Positions 9,268 through 19,205 of a stretch of DNA of 64,000 nucleotides are shown here, piece after piece. The stretch's first letter is position 1; the number at the start of each line of letters is the position of its first letter. The DNA is taken from the NCBI GenBank assembly GCA_035629075.1, contig DASPIK010000086.1, positions 17,027 through 81,026 on the forward strand. Direction: 5' to 3'. Origin of the DNA: Terriglobales bacterium. Its GTDB lineage: Bacteria; Acidobacteriota; Terriglobia; Terriglobales; Acidobacteriaceae. The notes under the pieces are model-generated. The model was not told where the DNA came from and made no database searches. It worked only from the letters and a program-made list of their open reading frames with translations. Both the position numbers and the translations under genes were made by a program.

Positions 9268-10407
9268 CTAGCTCATCGTCTCCACCTCAACAACCGGCGG
9301 CCCGCCTCCCGGCTGCACCTCCGTTGTGCGTTTGAGCTGCCCGCACGCCGCATAGATGTCCCGCCCTCTTGGCCTTCTAATAAATGCAGGAATACCGGCG
9401 CGCACAAGTATTCTCTGGAAGCTCAGGACACGATCTTCCTCGGGCGTCGCAAACGGAATGTCAGGCCCGGGATTGAGCGCGATAAGATTGACCTTCCCAC
9501 GAATGCCCCTGAGTAGCTTCACTATCTCGCGGGCGTTTTCAGCCTGGTCATTGACGTCGCGCAATAGCACGTATTCAAACGTGAGCTTCTCCCGTGCGCG
9601 CAACGGAAAGTCTCGTACAGCGTTCAACAATTGCTGAAGGTTCCACTTGCGGTTGATCGGCATCACACGTTCGCGCAGTTCATCATTTGAGGCGTTCAAG
9701 GAGATGGCCAGCTTTGGACGCACCGGTTCCTTCGCGAAGTCGTAAATGCGTGGAACGATTCCGGCTGTCGAAACCGTCATGCGCGATTCCGGGATGCCGA
9801 CGCCGTCAACCAAGAGGTGAACCGCTTGCATGAAGTTGTCGTAGTTCAGGAATGGCTCACCCATCCCCATGAAGACCAAGTTGATCCGGTCACTTCCGAT
9901 CGCTACATCGCGGTCGTTCAGGACGGCGAGTATCTGGCCGACTATCTCCCCGGCAGCCAGGCTGCGCTTCACTCCCAAGAGTGCGGTCAAACAGAATTGG
10001 CAATTAACGGCACAGCCGACCTGACTCGACACGCAGATGGTGGCACGGTTGAAGTCACGCTTCTGCTCATCTTCGCTACCGTCTCCCTCTTCGCCGCCGT
10101 CCCCCTCAGGCATCCACACCGTCTCAACCGTTTGGCCATCGCTGAGTGAAATCAGGTAACGGATCGTTCCATCAACCGACATGAACTTGTTCTGAATTGT
10201 TGGCAGTCCGACGGTAAAGCGGCTTTCGAGCTGCTCCCGAATTGCTTTCGGAAGCGTCGAAATATGCTCAATATTTCCAATCCGCTGCCGGTACACGGCC
10301 TCAAACAGCTGCTTACCTCTGTAGGGTGGCTCGCCCAGACCCGTCAAAATGGCCGTAAGTCCTTGAATATCAAGGCCTAATATCTCGATTTGTTTCCGGT
10401 CAGACAT
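9268..10407 (-). CDS. rlmN: 23S rRNA (adenine2503-C2)-methyltransferase, radical SAM
   Basis: 379 aa with the radical-SAM motif CAVNCQFC, FMGMGEPFLNYD and C-terminal AACGQL, consistent with RlmN length and architecture. Confidence 0.9.
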   Translation of the reverse strand: MSDRKQIEILGLDIQGLTAILTGLGEPPYRGKQLFEAVYRQRIGNIEHISTLPKAIREQLESRFTVGLPTIQNKFMSVDGTIRYLISLSDGQTVETVWMPEGDGGEEGDGSEDEQKRDFNRATICVSSQVGCAVNCQFCLTALLGVKRSLAAGEIVGQILAVLNDRDVAIGSDRINLVFMGMGEPFLNYDNFMQAVHLLVDGVGIPESRMTVSTAGIVPRIYDFAKEPVRPKLAISLNASNDELRERVMPINRKWNLQQLLNAVRDFPLRAREKLTFEYVLLRDVNDQAENAREIVKLLRGIRGKVNLIALNPGPDIPFATPEEDRVLSFQRILVRAGIPAFIRRPRGRDIYAACGQLKRTTEVQPGGGPPVVEVETMS

Positions 10408-10585
10408 GCATCCAATTACCTGTTTAACAGATTAGAATCAGTTGCGGCGACAAGGAAGCAGCCGAATCCAGCGGACAACCACAAAAGGCCCCAGTCTTTC
10501 GCTTCGGGCTTGCAGCACGATTTAGCAGTGGTGTGCATTTGCGGCTCCCCGCATCGGTTTACACGCGCAAGCATGGGGATCGGAA

Positions 10586-11863
10586 ATGGTCGAAGAACTT
10601 CGAAATATTAACCGCACAGTACTGCCTAACGGCTTGACAATCATAACTGAGGCCATGACTCATATTCGCTCGGTGTCTATCGGCATATGGGTGAAGGCCG
10701 GCTCTCGCCATGAAGACGCCGAGCACAACGGCATCACTCATTTTATAGAGCACATGGTGTTCAAAGGCACGGCTACCCGCTCAGCCGAAGACATCGCCCG
10801 CCAAGTGGACTCCATCGGCGGCAACATGGATGCGTTCACCGCAAAAGAATGCATCTGCTTCAATGTCAAAGTGTTGGACGAACATCTTCCAATCGCACTT
10901 GAAGTCCTGAGCGACCTCGTACTGAACCCAGTCTTTGACGTAAAGGACATAACTCGTGAGCGCGGAGTGATTCTGGAAGAGATCAAAATGGACGAGGACA
11001 ACCCCGACTATCTCGTTCACGAAATCTTTACCCAGAACTTCTGGAAGGACCACCCGCTAGGTAAGCCGATCTTGGGCACGAAGGAGACCGTCCGGCGCTT
11101 CGAGCAGCAGATGGTGAAAGACTATTGGTCGCACCGATTCCAGCCCGGCAACCTTATCGTATGTGCAGCGGGTCGCATCGACCACCAGCAATTCACTGAC
11201 CTGATCAGCCATCACTTTGCCTCACTCGCGAACGGCACGAATGGGTTCCATGAGGCGCCGCCTAAAACCGTAGCGCGAATCATCATGAGGAATAAGAAGG
11301 CGCTTGAACAGGTGCAGATCTGTCTAGGGGTGCCGTCTCACCCCATCTCGCATGATAAGCGATACGCTTCTTATCTCTTGAACACAGTCCTTGGCGGTGG
11401 CATGAGCTCGCGTCTGTTTCAGAACGTTCGTGAACGACAAGGTCTGGCCTATTCGGTTTTCAGCGACCTAAACCCGTATCGCGATACCGGCTGCCTGTCT
11501 GTGTATGCAGGGACGTCGCGCAAGACGGCTCCCCTGGTCGTCCAATCCGTCGTTGCCGAGTTCCACCGCCTCAAGGCAGAAGAGGTTCCCGCCGAGGAAC
11601 TGCGCCGCGCAAAGGATCAGCTCAAAGGCAGCCTTATGCTGAGCCTTGAATCCAGCACGGCACGAATGAGCAATCTTGCCCGCCAGGAAATGTACTTCGG
11701 GCGATTCCTTTCGATGGACGAAATCATCGCCCGTATCGAAGCCGTGACCGCCGACGACATTGTTCAGCTTGCGAACGAGTTCTTCCGACCGGAGCACATT
11801 GCAGTAACAGTGCTTGGCAACTTGACTGGGATGAAGCTTACACGCGAACAGCTAGCGTGTTGA
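10586..11863 (+). CDS. M16 family (pitrilysin/insulinase-like) zinc peptidase
   Basis: 425 aa with the inverted zinc motif HFIEHMVFKGT (HxxEH) and typical M16B length. Confidence 0.85.
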   Translation: MVEELRNINRTVLPNGLTIITEAMTHIRSVSIGIWVKAGSRHEDAEHNGITHFIEHMVFKGTATRSAEDIARQVDSIGGNMDAFTAKECICFNVKVLDEHLPIALEVLSDLVLNPVFDVKDITRERGVILEEIKMDEDNPDYLVHEIFTQNFWKDHPLGKPILGTKETVRRFEQQMVKDYWSHRFQPGNLIVCAAGRIDHQQFTDLISHHFASLANGTNGFHEAPPKTVARIIMRNKKALEQVQICLGVPSHPISHDKRYASYLLNTVLGGGMSSRLFQNVRERQGLAYSVFSDLNPYRDTGCLSVYAGTSRKTAPLVVQSVVAEFHRLKAEEVPAEELRRAKDQLKGSLMLSLESSTARMSNLARQEMYFGRFLSMDEIIARIEAVTADDIVQLANEFFRPEHIAVTVLGNLTGMKLTREQLAC

Positions 11864-12056
11864 CATCACCGCACGTGTCGGCGACTATTGCCTACTTTGA
11901 CAACAGTTGGCCAGATAAGTAACATCGACCTATTCGGGGAGAGCTGCGGCTCTGTAATCCTTGAAGAGGCTCTCGAGGAATATCCAGCCGGATTTATACC
12001 TCGCCATCCATCCCGGAAGAGAGACTCTTCATCCAGCAAAGTTCAAGAGGAGTAGT

Positions 12057-12542
12057 ATGCGGAAGCAAAAAGGATTTTCACTGATAGAACTGCTTATCGT
12101 TGTTGCCATCATTTTGATCATCGCGGCCATCGCGATACCCAATCTGCTGCGCTCGCGCATATCCGCAAACGAAGCTTCCGCAGTAGCGTCGATTCGGGCG
12201 ATCAGTACGGCAGAAATCTCGTACGCCACCACGTACCCTCAGTTGGGATTTGCTGACAGTTTGGAAAAACTCGGTCCCGGAAATGCCGGAAAGCCGACGC
12301 CTGAGGCGGCGAACCTAATTGATCCGGCGTTGGCTCGAGGCGAAAAGAGCGGTTATAGGTTCACCCTGACCCCGTCGCGATCCAGCAAGGAAGGCGCAAA
12401 CAACGGCTTCACCATCGTGGCCGAGCCAACCGCTCCCGGGCAAACGGGCATACGAACATTCTGCAGCAACCAGAGCTCAATTCTCTATTACCAAGCTGAC
12501 GGTGGCGCCTGCGTCCCTGGCACTTCCCCAGTGCTCGAGTAA
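12057..12542 (+). CDS. Type IV pilin / pseudopilin with prepilin-type N-terminal cleavage-methylation signal
   Basis: Internal ATG of ORF 11961-12542, preceded by aagaggag. The N-terminus is MRKQKG|FSLIELLIVVAIILIIAAIAIPNLLRSRISANEASAV, a short type IVa-like leader with Glu at +5. Confidence 0.85.
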   Translation: MRKQKGFSLIELLIVVAIILIIAAIAIPNLLRSRISANEASAVASIRAISTAEISYATTYPQLGFADSLEKLGPGNAGKPTPEAANLIDPALARGEKSGYRFTLTPSRSSKEGANNGFTIVAEPTAPGQTGIRTFCSNQSSILYYQADGGACVPGTSPVLE

Positions 12543-12673
12543 GTTTTCTGGCAGGAACAACTTCGCAGTGCTTCGCTCGCGCGATCAAGAGGCTCCTCCA
12601 GATCGCGAGTGCTCCCAAAGCCCTGAGCGACTTTTCCGATCGCGCACTCAGGAGTGGCTTGATTCGGTAACTG

Positions 12674-13498
12674 CTACTGAGGAGATTGGCTCGGCCCGGG
12701 TTTCTGCGGGGCTGGAGATTGCCCAAATCCGCCTTGGGGAGATTGCCCGAATCCGCCTTGAGTATTCAGACCGCCGGGGCCGGTGGGAACCATGCCTCCG
12801 AGGCCAACCTGGCTTGGCACATATGGCCCGGTGATCAGGCCTCCGCGATCCATCGTCGGGTCGTAGATAAATTCCCACTCGTTGTAGTGATCTTTCTCGT
12901 TGAACGCCTTGAGCGACTTCTTTTCGCTCGTGCTCGTGACTCCGATGATTGGGCCGCCGCCGAAGGTCTTGCCTGCCAACCCACCAGCTCCTGCCGAAGT
13001 GCCAGACGCACCCGAGGCAGGCTGAGGTGACGCCGACAAAGTAGAGCTCTGCCCTGACGACCCCGATAACAACGAGCCGCTGGACGCACCAGAAGAACCG
13101 GATAACGAACCGGGAGCAACGCCCGGACCGGTCGCCGAACCCGGCGTTTTCGGTGTCAGCTTTACTTCTCCGAAGTGCAGCAAACGAAAATCTTTCCCCG
13201 TAATCGGGTCTTTGTAACGCTTGCGCAGGAACCGCATATTATTGGTGTTCTGAAGCTGCTCGATGCTGACCGGGTAACGGCCGAACTTCTTGTAGTACTT
13301 TTTGATAGCGCGCGAGTATTGCGCTCCCCGGTGGACCAACTCTTCTTCGCGGTCCCGCTTTATCTGAGTCACCACGGCAGGCGCCGTCGCCATAAGCGCG
13401 ATGGCAAGCATAGTCACCATGATCATGATCGCCATCATCATGTAGCCCTGCTGTGAGCGACGCCGCGTTGTGACCCTCCAAGAGTGGTGAAGAAACAT
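12674..13498 (-). CDS. GspG-like pseudopilin-related protein with non-canonical N-terminus and Gly/Ser/Pro-rich tail
   Basis: 274 aa. The hydrophobic N-terminal segment QQGYMMMAIMIMVTMLAI lacks Glu+5. It is followed by RGAQYSRAIKKYYKKFGRYPVSIEQL...RKRYKDPITGKDF (GspG-like core) and a low-complexity C-terminal half. This is the last gene of the pilus-like operon. Confidence 0.6.
   Translation of the reverse strand: MFLHHSWRVTTRRRSQQGYMMMAIMIMVTMLAIALMATAPAVVTQIKRDREEELVHRGAQYSRAIKKYYKKFGRYPVSIEQLQNTNNMRFLRKRYKDPITGKDFRLLHFGEVKLTPKTPGSATGPGVAPGSLSGSSGASSGSLLSGSSGQSSTLSASPQPASGASGTSAGAGGLAGKTFGGGPIIGVTSTSEKKSLKAFNEKDHYNEWEFIYDPTMDRGGLITGPYVPSQVGLGGMVPTGPGGLNTQGGFGQSPQGGFGQSPAPQKPGPSQSPQ
12714..12761. 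repeat. 2 x 24-bp tandem repeat inside the GspG-like gene (encodes QGGFGQSP twice)
   Basis: ggagattgcccaaatccgccttgg (12714-12737) is followed directly by ggagattgcccgaatccgccttga (12738-12761). A degenerate third copy starts at 12681. Confidence 0.8.
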
Positions 13499-13519
13499 AA
13501 AACCTTGTCTGAGCCGAGG

Positions 13520-14137
13520 CTAACCTTGAATCAGCGGAATCGTTTGAGTGTTGTTGCTCAACACGTCCTGAATCTCGACCGAGGTCGGGTTGATCTTGAC
13601 AATTCTGTAGCGCCCAGCGACGATGTCACCTTCACGCGCAGAAAAGACGCTGTCTCCCTGCGTCAGAAAGATGCTCCTCGGCTCGCCCGATCTGGTCGCA
13701 TAGCCGAAGAATTTCAGGTTAATGGGCGGAGGAGGCGGCGGTCCCTGTGGAACGCTCGCCACCTCCTCGTCACGCCTCGGATTATCCACAGGTTCAGGGA
13801 TTTCAGGGGCGGACTCCGCGCTGAAGATGTTTCGGCCGGTTCCCTCGTACTTCACGTCCTCGCTCATCTTTAACAGGTCGAAACGAAGCCGTGGGTCGAG
13901 TGTTGGCGTCAGAGCGGCCGAAAGATACCTGTTCCGATCCGTAGTCGGCCTGCGTTGCGGCCCGGAGTCTGTTGCCGCTGCTTGCTTTTGTGCCGCGGGT
14001 CGATTGGCAGTAGCGCCGGACCTTTGTGACGGTGTGGCCGGAGATGTAAACAGCGTGCGCGCAACAAGGACCAGTGCGATCACAAGCAGCCCAACGGCAA
14101 TGGCTGTTTTCTTCTTGTTCTCTGTCCCTACTTTCAT
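13520..14137 (-). CDS. PilP/GspC-like pilus assembly protein (membrane-anchored, Pro-rich linker)
   Basis: 205 aa with an N-terminal TM anchor, a PPPPPP linker and the C-terminal beta domain FFGYATRSGEPRSIFLTQGDSVFSAREGDIVAGRYRIVKINPTSVEIQD. Its position follows pilO. Confidence 0.5.
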   Translation of the reverse strand: MKVGTENKKKTAIAVGLLVIALVLVARTLFTSPATPSQRSGATANRPAAQKQAAATDSGPQRRPTTDRNRYLSAALTPTLDPRLRFDLLKMSEDVKYEGTGRNIFSAESAPEIPEPVDNPRRDEEVASVPQGPPPPPPINLKFFGYATRSGEPRSIFLTQGDSVFSAREGDIVAGRYRIVKINPTSVEIQDVLSNNTQTIPLIQG

Positions 14138-14697
14138 GCCGCTGCCTCGTTCCTGATGTAGGTTTCCACCCGCATTTGTAGCTGAACGGAGCCGGGATTC
14201 TGGCCGGACGCTTGCTGCCCCCCAAGGGAGATCGCATCGATGATGAAAAACGTCTTCTCACGTTCAAGTGCATTGATAAAACGCATCACCTGCCCGTAGC
14301 CACCGCTGAACGTGGCCTCCACCACGACTCGCCTCAATGCAGGAACCTCTGTCGGCTCTGTCTTGTACTGCGCGGCGGCCATCCTGACGCCGTTTGCAGA
14401 AGCGACCCTGCCTAGCGCGTCCGGCACGTTTGCGAACTTCTCCGGGAGCCGCTCTTTGTAAAATTGCTGAATTTGCGTGTCAGCCTGCACCACCTTCTCG
14501 TCGATGCCTCGCAACGGGAGCGCTTCCCGAGTCTTCTGCTGTAGCTCGGTCCAAAGCTCGTGAAGACGGTTCTGGCTGGTTCGGGCGGCGCGTCCAATGG
14601 GCGAAATCAACACAATGCCGCACGCGATATCAATAATGAGCAGCGCAACAAGGACGGCGGTCAATTTGCGGCGTGCATCTTTCACGTCAGGCATCAT
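14134..14697 (-). CDS. pilO: PilO/GspM-like pilus assembly protein
   Basis: 187 aa, single N-terminal TM helix, coiled region and C-terminal ferredoxin-like part. 4-nt overlaps with both neighbours in pilM-N-O-P order. Confidence 0.6.
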   Translation of the reverse strand: MMPDVKDARRKLTAVLVALLIIDIACGIVLISPIGRAARTSQNRLHELWTELQQKTREALPLRGIDEKVVQADTQIQQFYKERLPEKFANVPDALGRVASANGVRMAAAQYKTEPTEVPALRRVVVEATFSGGYGQVMRFINALEREKTFFIIDAISLGGQQASGQNPGSVQLQMRVETYIRNEAAA

Positions 14698-15314
14698 TGA
14701 CCTCCTTGCTGCGTTTGCGCAGTTTGTGGCGTTCCGAGCTCGAAGCTCGGAACGTAAACGGCGCTGATCTCAAACTTGAACTCGCTGGACCCGGAATTGG
14801 CCAAGTTCGGAGCCGCCTCGTTGATCACTGCGGCATTCCGGAAGTGCGCCGCGCCCTCAAGTCGGCGGACAAGGTCGATTGCGCGATCCCGCGACTGTCC
14901 CGCTACAACAAGCCGTAATTCAAGCTGGTTGTCTTCCGTGATCTCGGGTCTGATCGTGGTCACCTGAAGGCCTGCTGGGACGATCCTTTCGAGGTCGCTT
15001 AGAACTTGTGTCCACGAGAAAGCCTTGCGGGCGATCAAGGTGTTGATGAACTGCGATTCATCGCGGGTGCTGCGGTTTTCGGGACGGTTTAAGAATGCCT
15101 CGGCAGAAGCGCGGACGCGGTCGCGTTCCGCTATCTGCGCGCGCAATTCGTTCTCCTGCCTGCTGACACTACGCCAAGCGATGGTGGCGCTTACTGCCGC
15201 GTAGACCAAGCCAAACGTCACGGCGGCCAGCACGGCTACGACGATTCCCCATCTGAACAGGAAACGCCGAACGTCCTGGTAGGGCTGCGTTGCGAGATTG
15301 ATATTCAGGCGCAT
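14694..15314 (-). CDS. pilN: PilN-like fimbrial assembly protein
   Basis: 206 aa starting MRLNINLATQPY, then one TM helix, matching the usual PilN N-terminus and size. Confidence 0.7.
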   Translation of the reverse strand: MRLNINLATQPYQDVRRFLFRWGIVVAVLAAVTFGLVYAAVSATIAWRSVSRQENELRAQIAERDRVRASAEAFLNRPENRSTRDESQFINTLIARKAFSWTQVLSDLERIVPAGLQVTTIRPEITEDNQLELRLVVAGQSRDRAIDLVRRLEGAAHFRNAAVINEAAPNLANSGSSEFKFEISAVYVPSFELGTPQTAQTQQGGQ

Positions 15315-15315
15315 G

Positions 15316-16206
15316 TCAGGAGACCAATGCCCCCACGATGCCGGCCAGCAGTGGTCGCTGCTGGGCTGGAATGGATACGGTGCCGATCATGGACGAGGTA
15401 ACCAACTCCTCAGCTCGGATACCGATGCTCTCTTCCATCACAGACGCGAGATCCGGGATTGCTGTCGTGCCGCTGAGCAGAATTCGTTCGACCTTCACCC
15501 CGTACGTATCCTGCATGAATACCAGCGACGGGTAGATATCTTCGACGAGTTGGGTCGGACCAACCGCTCCGGACTCGATCACGCGGAAAAGCAGTAAATC
15601 GTCTTCGTGAACGATGGCGATGCTGACGGTGTCCTCGGCTATCTTGACCAGCAGCGTCGGACGAGCGGCATCTACCAGTCCCAGCGCTGCGAGGGTAGAC
15701 GGAACCACCACGCCCGGGCTGAACCCGGCTTCGCGAACCACGGACTCGTATTCTTCCAGTACCGTGGGCAGCGCGACTGCCGCCACCACGCGAACGATTC
15801 CGTTTGCACGCCGCACGTCATAAGACACTTTGGCGCGCTCCACCTCGAATGGTAAGGCCTTCTTCAGGCGGAAGCGCACAACAGACTCTGCGTCTTGCGC
15901 CTTCTCTGGCATTGCATCGAAATCGAGCAAGGCAATTCGGCATGCCGCATCAGGGATCACCGCAACCACGTCACGATGGCGTCCCTCAACACCAGCGAGT
16001 GCATCCGCAACGGCGGTGGCAACCGCATCGCGCCGCGTCACGTTCGCAGTCGTGAGTCCGGGCGCAATTGCGCCGGGCGGGAGGGTCCGGATGGAGCACG
16101 TCTCAAGGCTGCGTCCATGATCAGACATGCGCCCCGCGATCACCCGGTCTGCGGCGATCTCGCAAGCGACCTTGAGATTGCCCGGTCTATTCAGCTTTTC
16201 TTTCAT
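15316..16206 (-). CDS. pilM: PilM/GspL-like actin-fold pilus assembly protein (short form)
   Basis: 296 aa cytoplasmic protein immediately upstream of pilN (1-nt gap) and downstream of the secretion ATPase. The call rests on position and composition; I read no strong motif. Confidence 0.6.
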   Translation of the reverse strand: MKEKLNRPGNLKVACEIAADRVIAGRMSDHGRSLETCSIRTLPPGAIAPGLTTANVTRRDAVATAVADALAGVEGRHRDVVAVIPDAACRIALLDFDAMPEKAQDAESVVRFRLKKALPFEVERAKVSYDVRRANGIVRVVAAVALPTVLEEYESVVREAGFSPGVVVPSTLAALGLVDAARPTLLVKIAEDTVSIAIVHEDDLLLFRVIESGAVGPTQLVEDIYPSLVFMQDTYGVKVERILLSGTTAIPDLASVMEESIGIRAEELVTSSMIGTVSIPAQQRPLLAGIVGALVS

Positions 16207-16272
16207 TCGGTATCAGGTGCACGGCCGCTTTGGGCGGCCGTGTCTCTTCTTGAATCTCGTCTCTTACGACCG

Positions 16273-17949
16273 CTATCGCATCGTCTCGATGAACGTAACC
16301 TTGTTGATTTCCTTCAGGGTCGTAACGCCGGCCCTAACTTTATCAAGCGCCGACTCGCGAAGGAACTTCATTCCTTCGTCACGAGCAGCGCGGCGAATCT
16401 CCGAACTCGGACGCTTGGCGAGAATCATTTCACGAACACGATCACTGAGATCGAGCAACTCGTGAATCGCCGTACGGCCCCGGAACCCCGTCCCGGAGCA
16501 CTCGATGCAGCCTTCGCCTTCGTAGAATGGCACGTGCAGCCACTCGCTAGTTTCAAGTCCGCTGGCTTCGAGCACGTCCGCTGGATAGAACACCGTCTTT
16601 TTACAGTCGTTGCAGATGAGGCGAACAAGGCGTTGTGCCAGTACGCAATTGAGAGCCGAGACGAAGTTATATGGCTCGATTCCCATGTGCAGAAAGCGTC
16701 CAATTACGTCCACAACGTTGTTGGCGTGAACGGTAGTAAATACCAGGTGGCCCGTGAGTGCGGACTGGATCGCGATTTCGGCCGTCTCTCGGTCGCGAAT
16801 CTCGCCGACCATGATCTTGTCAGGGTCGTGCCGGAGAATGGATCGCAGACCGCGAGCGAAAGTCAGGCCTTTCTTTTCATTAACCGGTATCTGGGTCACG
16901 CCCCGAATCTGGTACTCAACCGGATCTTCAATCGTGATGATCTTGTCTTCTTCCGTTTTGATCTCGTTCAACCCGGCGTAAAGCGTCGTGGTCTTTCCGG
17001 AACCCGTAGGCCCGGTTACCAGCACCATGCCGTAAGGCTCGGCGATATAACGACGAAACTTCTTCAGATCGTCGTCGCTGAACCCGACCACGTCCAGCGT
17101 AAGCCGGTGAAACTTTTCGCTCATCGACTCTTTGTCGAGCACGCGGAGCACGGCATCTTCCCCGAAAATCGAGGGCATGATGGAGACGCGGAAGTCGATC
17201 TGGCGACCACTGTACTTCACGCGAAAACGGCCATCCTGGGGGACGCGGCGCTCGGCAATGTCGAGTTCTGACATGACCTTCACGCGCGAAATGATGGTTG
17301 AATGATGCTCCTTAGCGATAGGCGACATTGCCGGCTGGAGCACGCCGTCTATGCGGTACTTAATCATCACAGAGTCGTCGCCGGTTTCGATGTGGATATC
17401 CGATGCGCGCCTCTGCAGGGCGGTGAAGATGGTCGTATCAACCAGTCGGATGATCGGACTGATATCGGTTTCGGCCGTCAGCCTTTCGATCGAGATAGTC
17501 TCGTCACCGGTCTCATCTTCACGGATGAGGTCAAGGGTGAACGCTTCGCTTGCTTCTTCAAGGACCCGCTGAGACTGCTCGGTCTTCTTGAGAATGTCAT
17601 TAATCTGATTGAGCGTCGCCACCTTCGTGCGAATGCGCTTGCCGAGCATGAGACCGATTTCGTCGATCATCATGAGTTGACTCGGATCTGCGATGGCGAT
17701 CTCCAGGCGGCCATCCTTCTCTTCCAGTGGCACGAAGTTGTAACGGAACATCAGGTCCACTGGTATCTTGCGGAAGAGCTCGTTGTTCAGGTGAAAGTTG
17801 CGCAGGTCCACGAAGTCGCATCGGTATCGCCGCGCCAGGTCTCGGGTCTTCTGCTCTTCTTCCGCAGGCGTGCCAACAATCACGTGATTGCCGTTGGAGC
17901 CGCCGTTTACAAAAAGGGATTGCGTATTTGCCATAAATCCAGTTCTCAA
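16273..17949 (-). CDS. pilB: Type II/IV secretion system ATPase (PilB/GspE family)
   Basis: 558 aa with Walker A GPTGSGKTTTLY, Asp/His boxes (RHDPDKIMVGEIRD, TGHLVFTTVHAN) and a tetracysteine motif (CNDCKK...CIECSGTG). Confidence 0.9.
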   Translation of the reverse strand: MRTGFMANTQSLFVNGGSNGNHVIVGTPAEEEQKTRDLARRYRCDFVDLRNFHLNNELFRKIPVDLMFRYNFVPLEEKDGRLEIAIADPSQLMMIDEIGLMLGKRIRTKVATLNQINDILKKTEQSQRVLEEASEAFTLDLIREDETGDETISIERLTAETDISPIIRLVDTTIFTALQRRASDIHIETGDDSVMIKYRIDGVLQPAMSPIAKEHHSTIISRVKVMSELDIAERRVPQDGRFRVKYSGRQIDFRVSIMPSIFGEDAVLRVLDKESMSEKFHRLTLDVVGFSDDDLKKFRRYIAEPYGMVLVTGPTGSGKTTTLYAGLNEIKTEEDKIITIEDPVEYQIRGVTQIPVNEKKGLTFARGLRSILRHDPDKIMVGEIRDRETAEIAIQSALTGHLVFTTVHANNVVDVIGRFLHMGIEPYNFVSALNCVLAQRLVRLICNDCKKTVFYPADVLEASGLETSEWLHVPFYEGEGCIECSGTGFRGRTAIHELLDLSDRVREMILAKRPSSEIRRAARDEGMKFLRESALDKVRAGVTTLKEINKVTFIETMR

Positions 17950-17996
17950 ATCAGGTGCCAGTCAACAAATGGGCCGAAGGATCTGACTGGCCTCGA

Positions 17997-19205
17997 CTAG
18001 CGAATGCCGCCCGCGCCGAGCGTGAAGATCGGCAGGTACAGCGAAATCAGCACGAATGCCACGACCGTCCCCATGACGATCAGGATGGCCGGTTCAATCA
18101 GTGACATGGCAGCCGTGAGGGCGTTCTGAACGTCCTCTTCATAGAATTCGGCGACCGAAGTCAGCATGGTTGGCAGCGCGCCCGTTGACTCGCCAACCTC
18201 CAGCATTTCCACCGTCAGCTCGGGAAACGCGTTTGTCTCCTCAAGGCTGCGTGAGAGTGGACGCCCTTCCCGCACCTTCTGCGTCGCATAGCCGACCGCT
18301 TTGCTCACGAACCGGCTCTGAATAGATGCCGCTGCCGTCTCAAGGGCTGGAACCAGCGGCAAACCACCGGAGAGCAGCGTCGCCATCATGCGCGCGAACA
18401 CAGCCACTTGGTACTTAAGCCAAATGGCCCCAAGCCCCGGTAGCGCCACGCGAACTCTGTCGATGCGCTCCGATCCGGTCTCGCTCTTAGCCAGCCGCCA
18501 GATTGCGAAGATCGCTGCGGCAACCGCCGCCAGAAACACGAAAAAGTACTTCTGCGCGGCTGTTCCAACGCTCAACATGAATTCGGTGAGCGCCGGAACC
18601 TCCGTCCCAAGCTGCTCATACAGATTGGCGAACTGTGGAACGACGTACGTGACCAGGAACGTCAACATCACCACGACAAGCACAACCAGCAATGCCGGAT
18701 AGATCAGCGAGGCCGTTAGCTTTTTTCGAAAGCTCATAGCCATCCGCTGAAAGTGGACATAGCGCGTCAACACTTCTTCCAGATTGCCGCTCTTCTCTCC
18801 CGCGAGCAGCGTGGTGGTGTAGATCTTTGGGAAGACGCCCTGCGCGGCGAATGAGTCCGACAGCAGTTCGCCGCTTTTCACGCGGTCTCGCACGTTCTGA
18901 AGAATGGAGCGAAAATACCCCGCCTTCTGGCGCTTAATCAGCAGGTCCAGCGCGTTGAGAATCGGCAAGCCCGCATGAATCAGCGTCACGAACTGCTGAT
19001 TGAAAATGACAAACTGCGACAGCTTAATTCGCCGGCGTCGTAGCTGAATCCCATCTGGGCCCACGATTCCACGGGTCTTAATCTCGTAGACAAGAAGGCC
19101 CTGCTGTGAGAATCGTTCGCGCAGTTCGGCCTCTGAGCGCGCGTTCTCCACCTGTTGCGAGACATGGCCGCGCTCGTCAGCCACCTTTACTAAATATTCT
19201 GCCAT
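17997..19205 (-). CDS. pilC: Type II secretion system F family platform protein (PilC/GspF)
   Basis: 402 aa with the duplicated T2SF domain architecture, three TM segments and a C-terminal LYLPIF motif. Confidence 0.9.
   Translation of the reverse strand: MAEYLVKVADERGHVSQQVENARSEAELRERFSQQGLLVYEIKTRGIVGPDGIQLRRRRIKLSQFVIFNQQFVTLIHAGLPILNALDLLIKRQKAGYFRSILQNVRDRVKSGELLSDSFAAQGVFPKIYTTTLLAGEKSGNLEEVLTRYVHFQRMAMSFRKKLTASLIYPALLVVLVVVMLTFLVTYVVPQFANLYEQLGTEVPALTEFMLSVGTAAQKYFFVFLAAVAAAIFAIWRLAKSETGSERIDRVRVALPGLGAIWLKYQVAVFARMMATLLSGGLPLVPALETAAASIQSRFVSKAVGYATQKVREGRPLSRSLEETNAFPELTVEMLEVGESTGALPTMLTSVAEFYEEDVQNALTAAMSLIEPAILIVMGTVVAFVLISLYLPIFTLGAGGIR

Noticed and set aside
15895-17271. 458-aa ORF on the plus strand
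   Set aside because: It lies entirely antisense to the PilB/GspE ATPase gene, which has unambiguous Walker and T2SSE motifs. The antisense product is Arg/Ala/His-rich with no motif. Long shadow ORFs of this kind are expected in GC-rich DNA.
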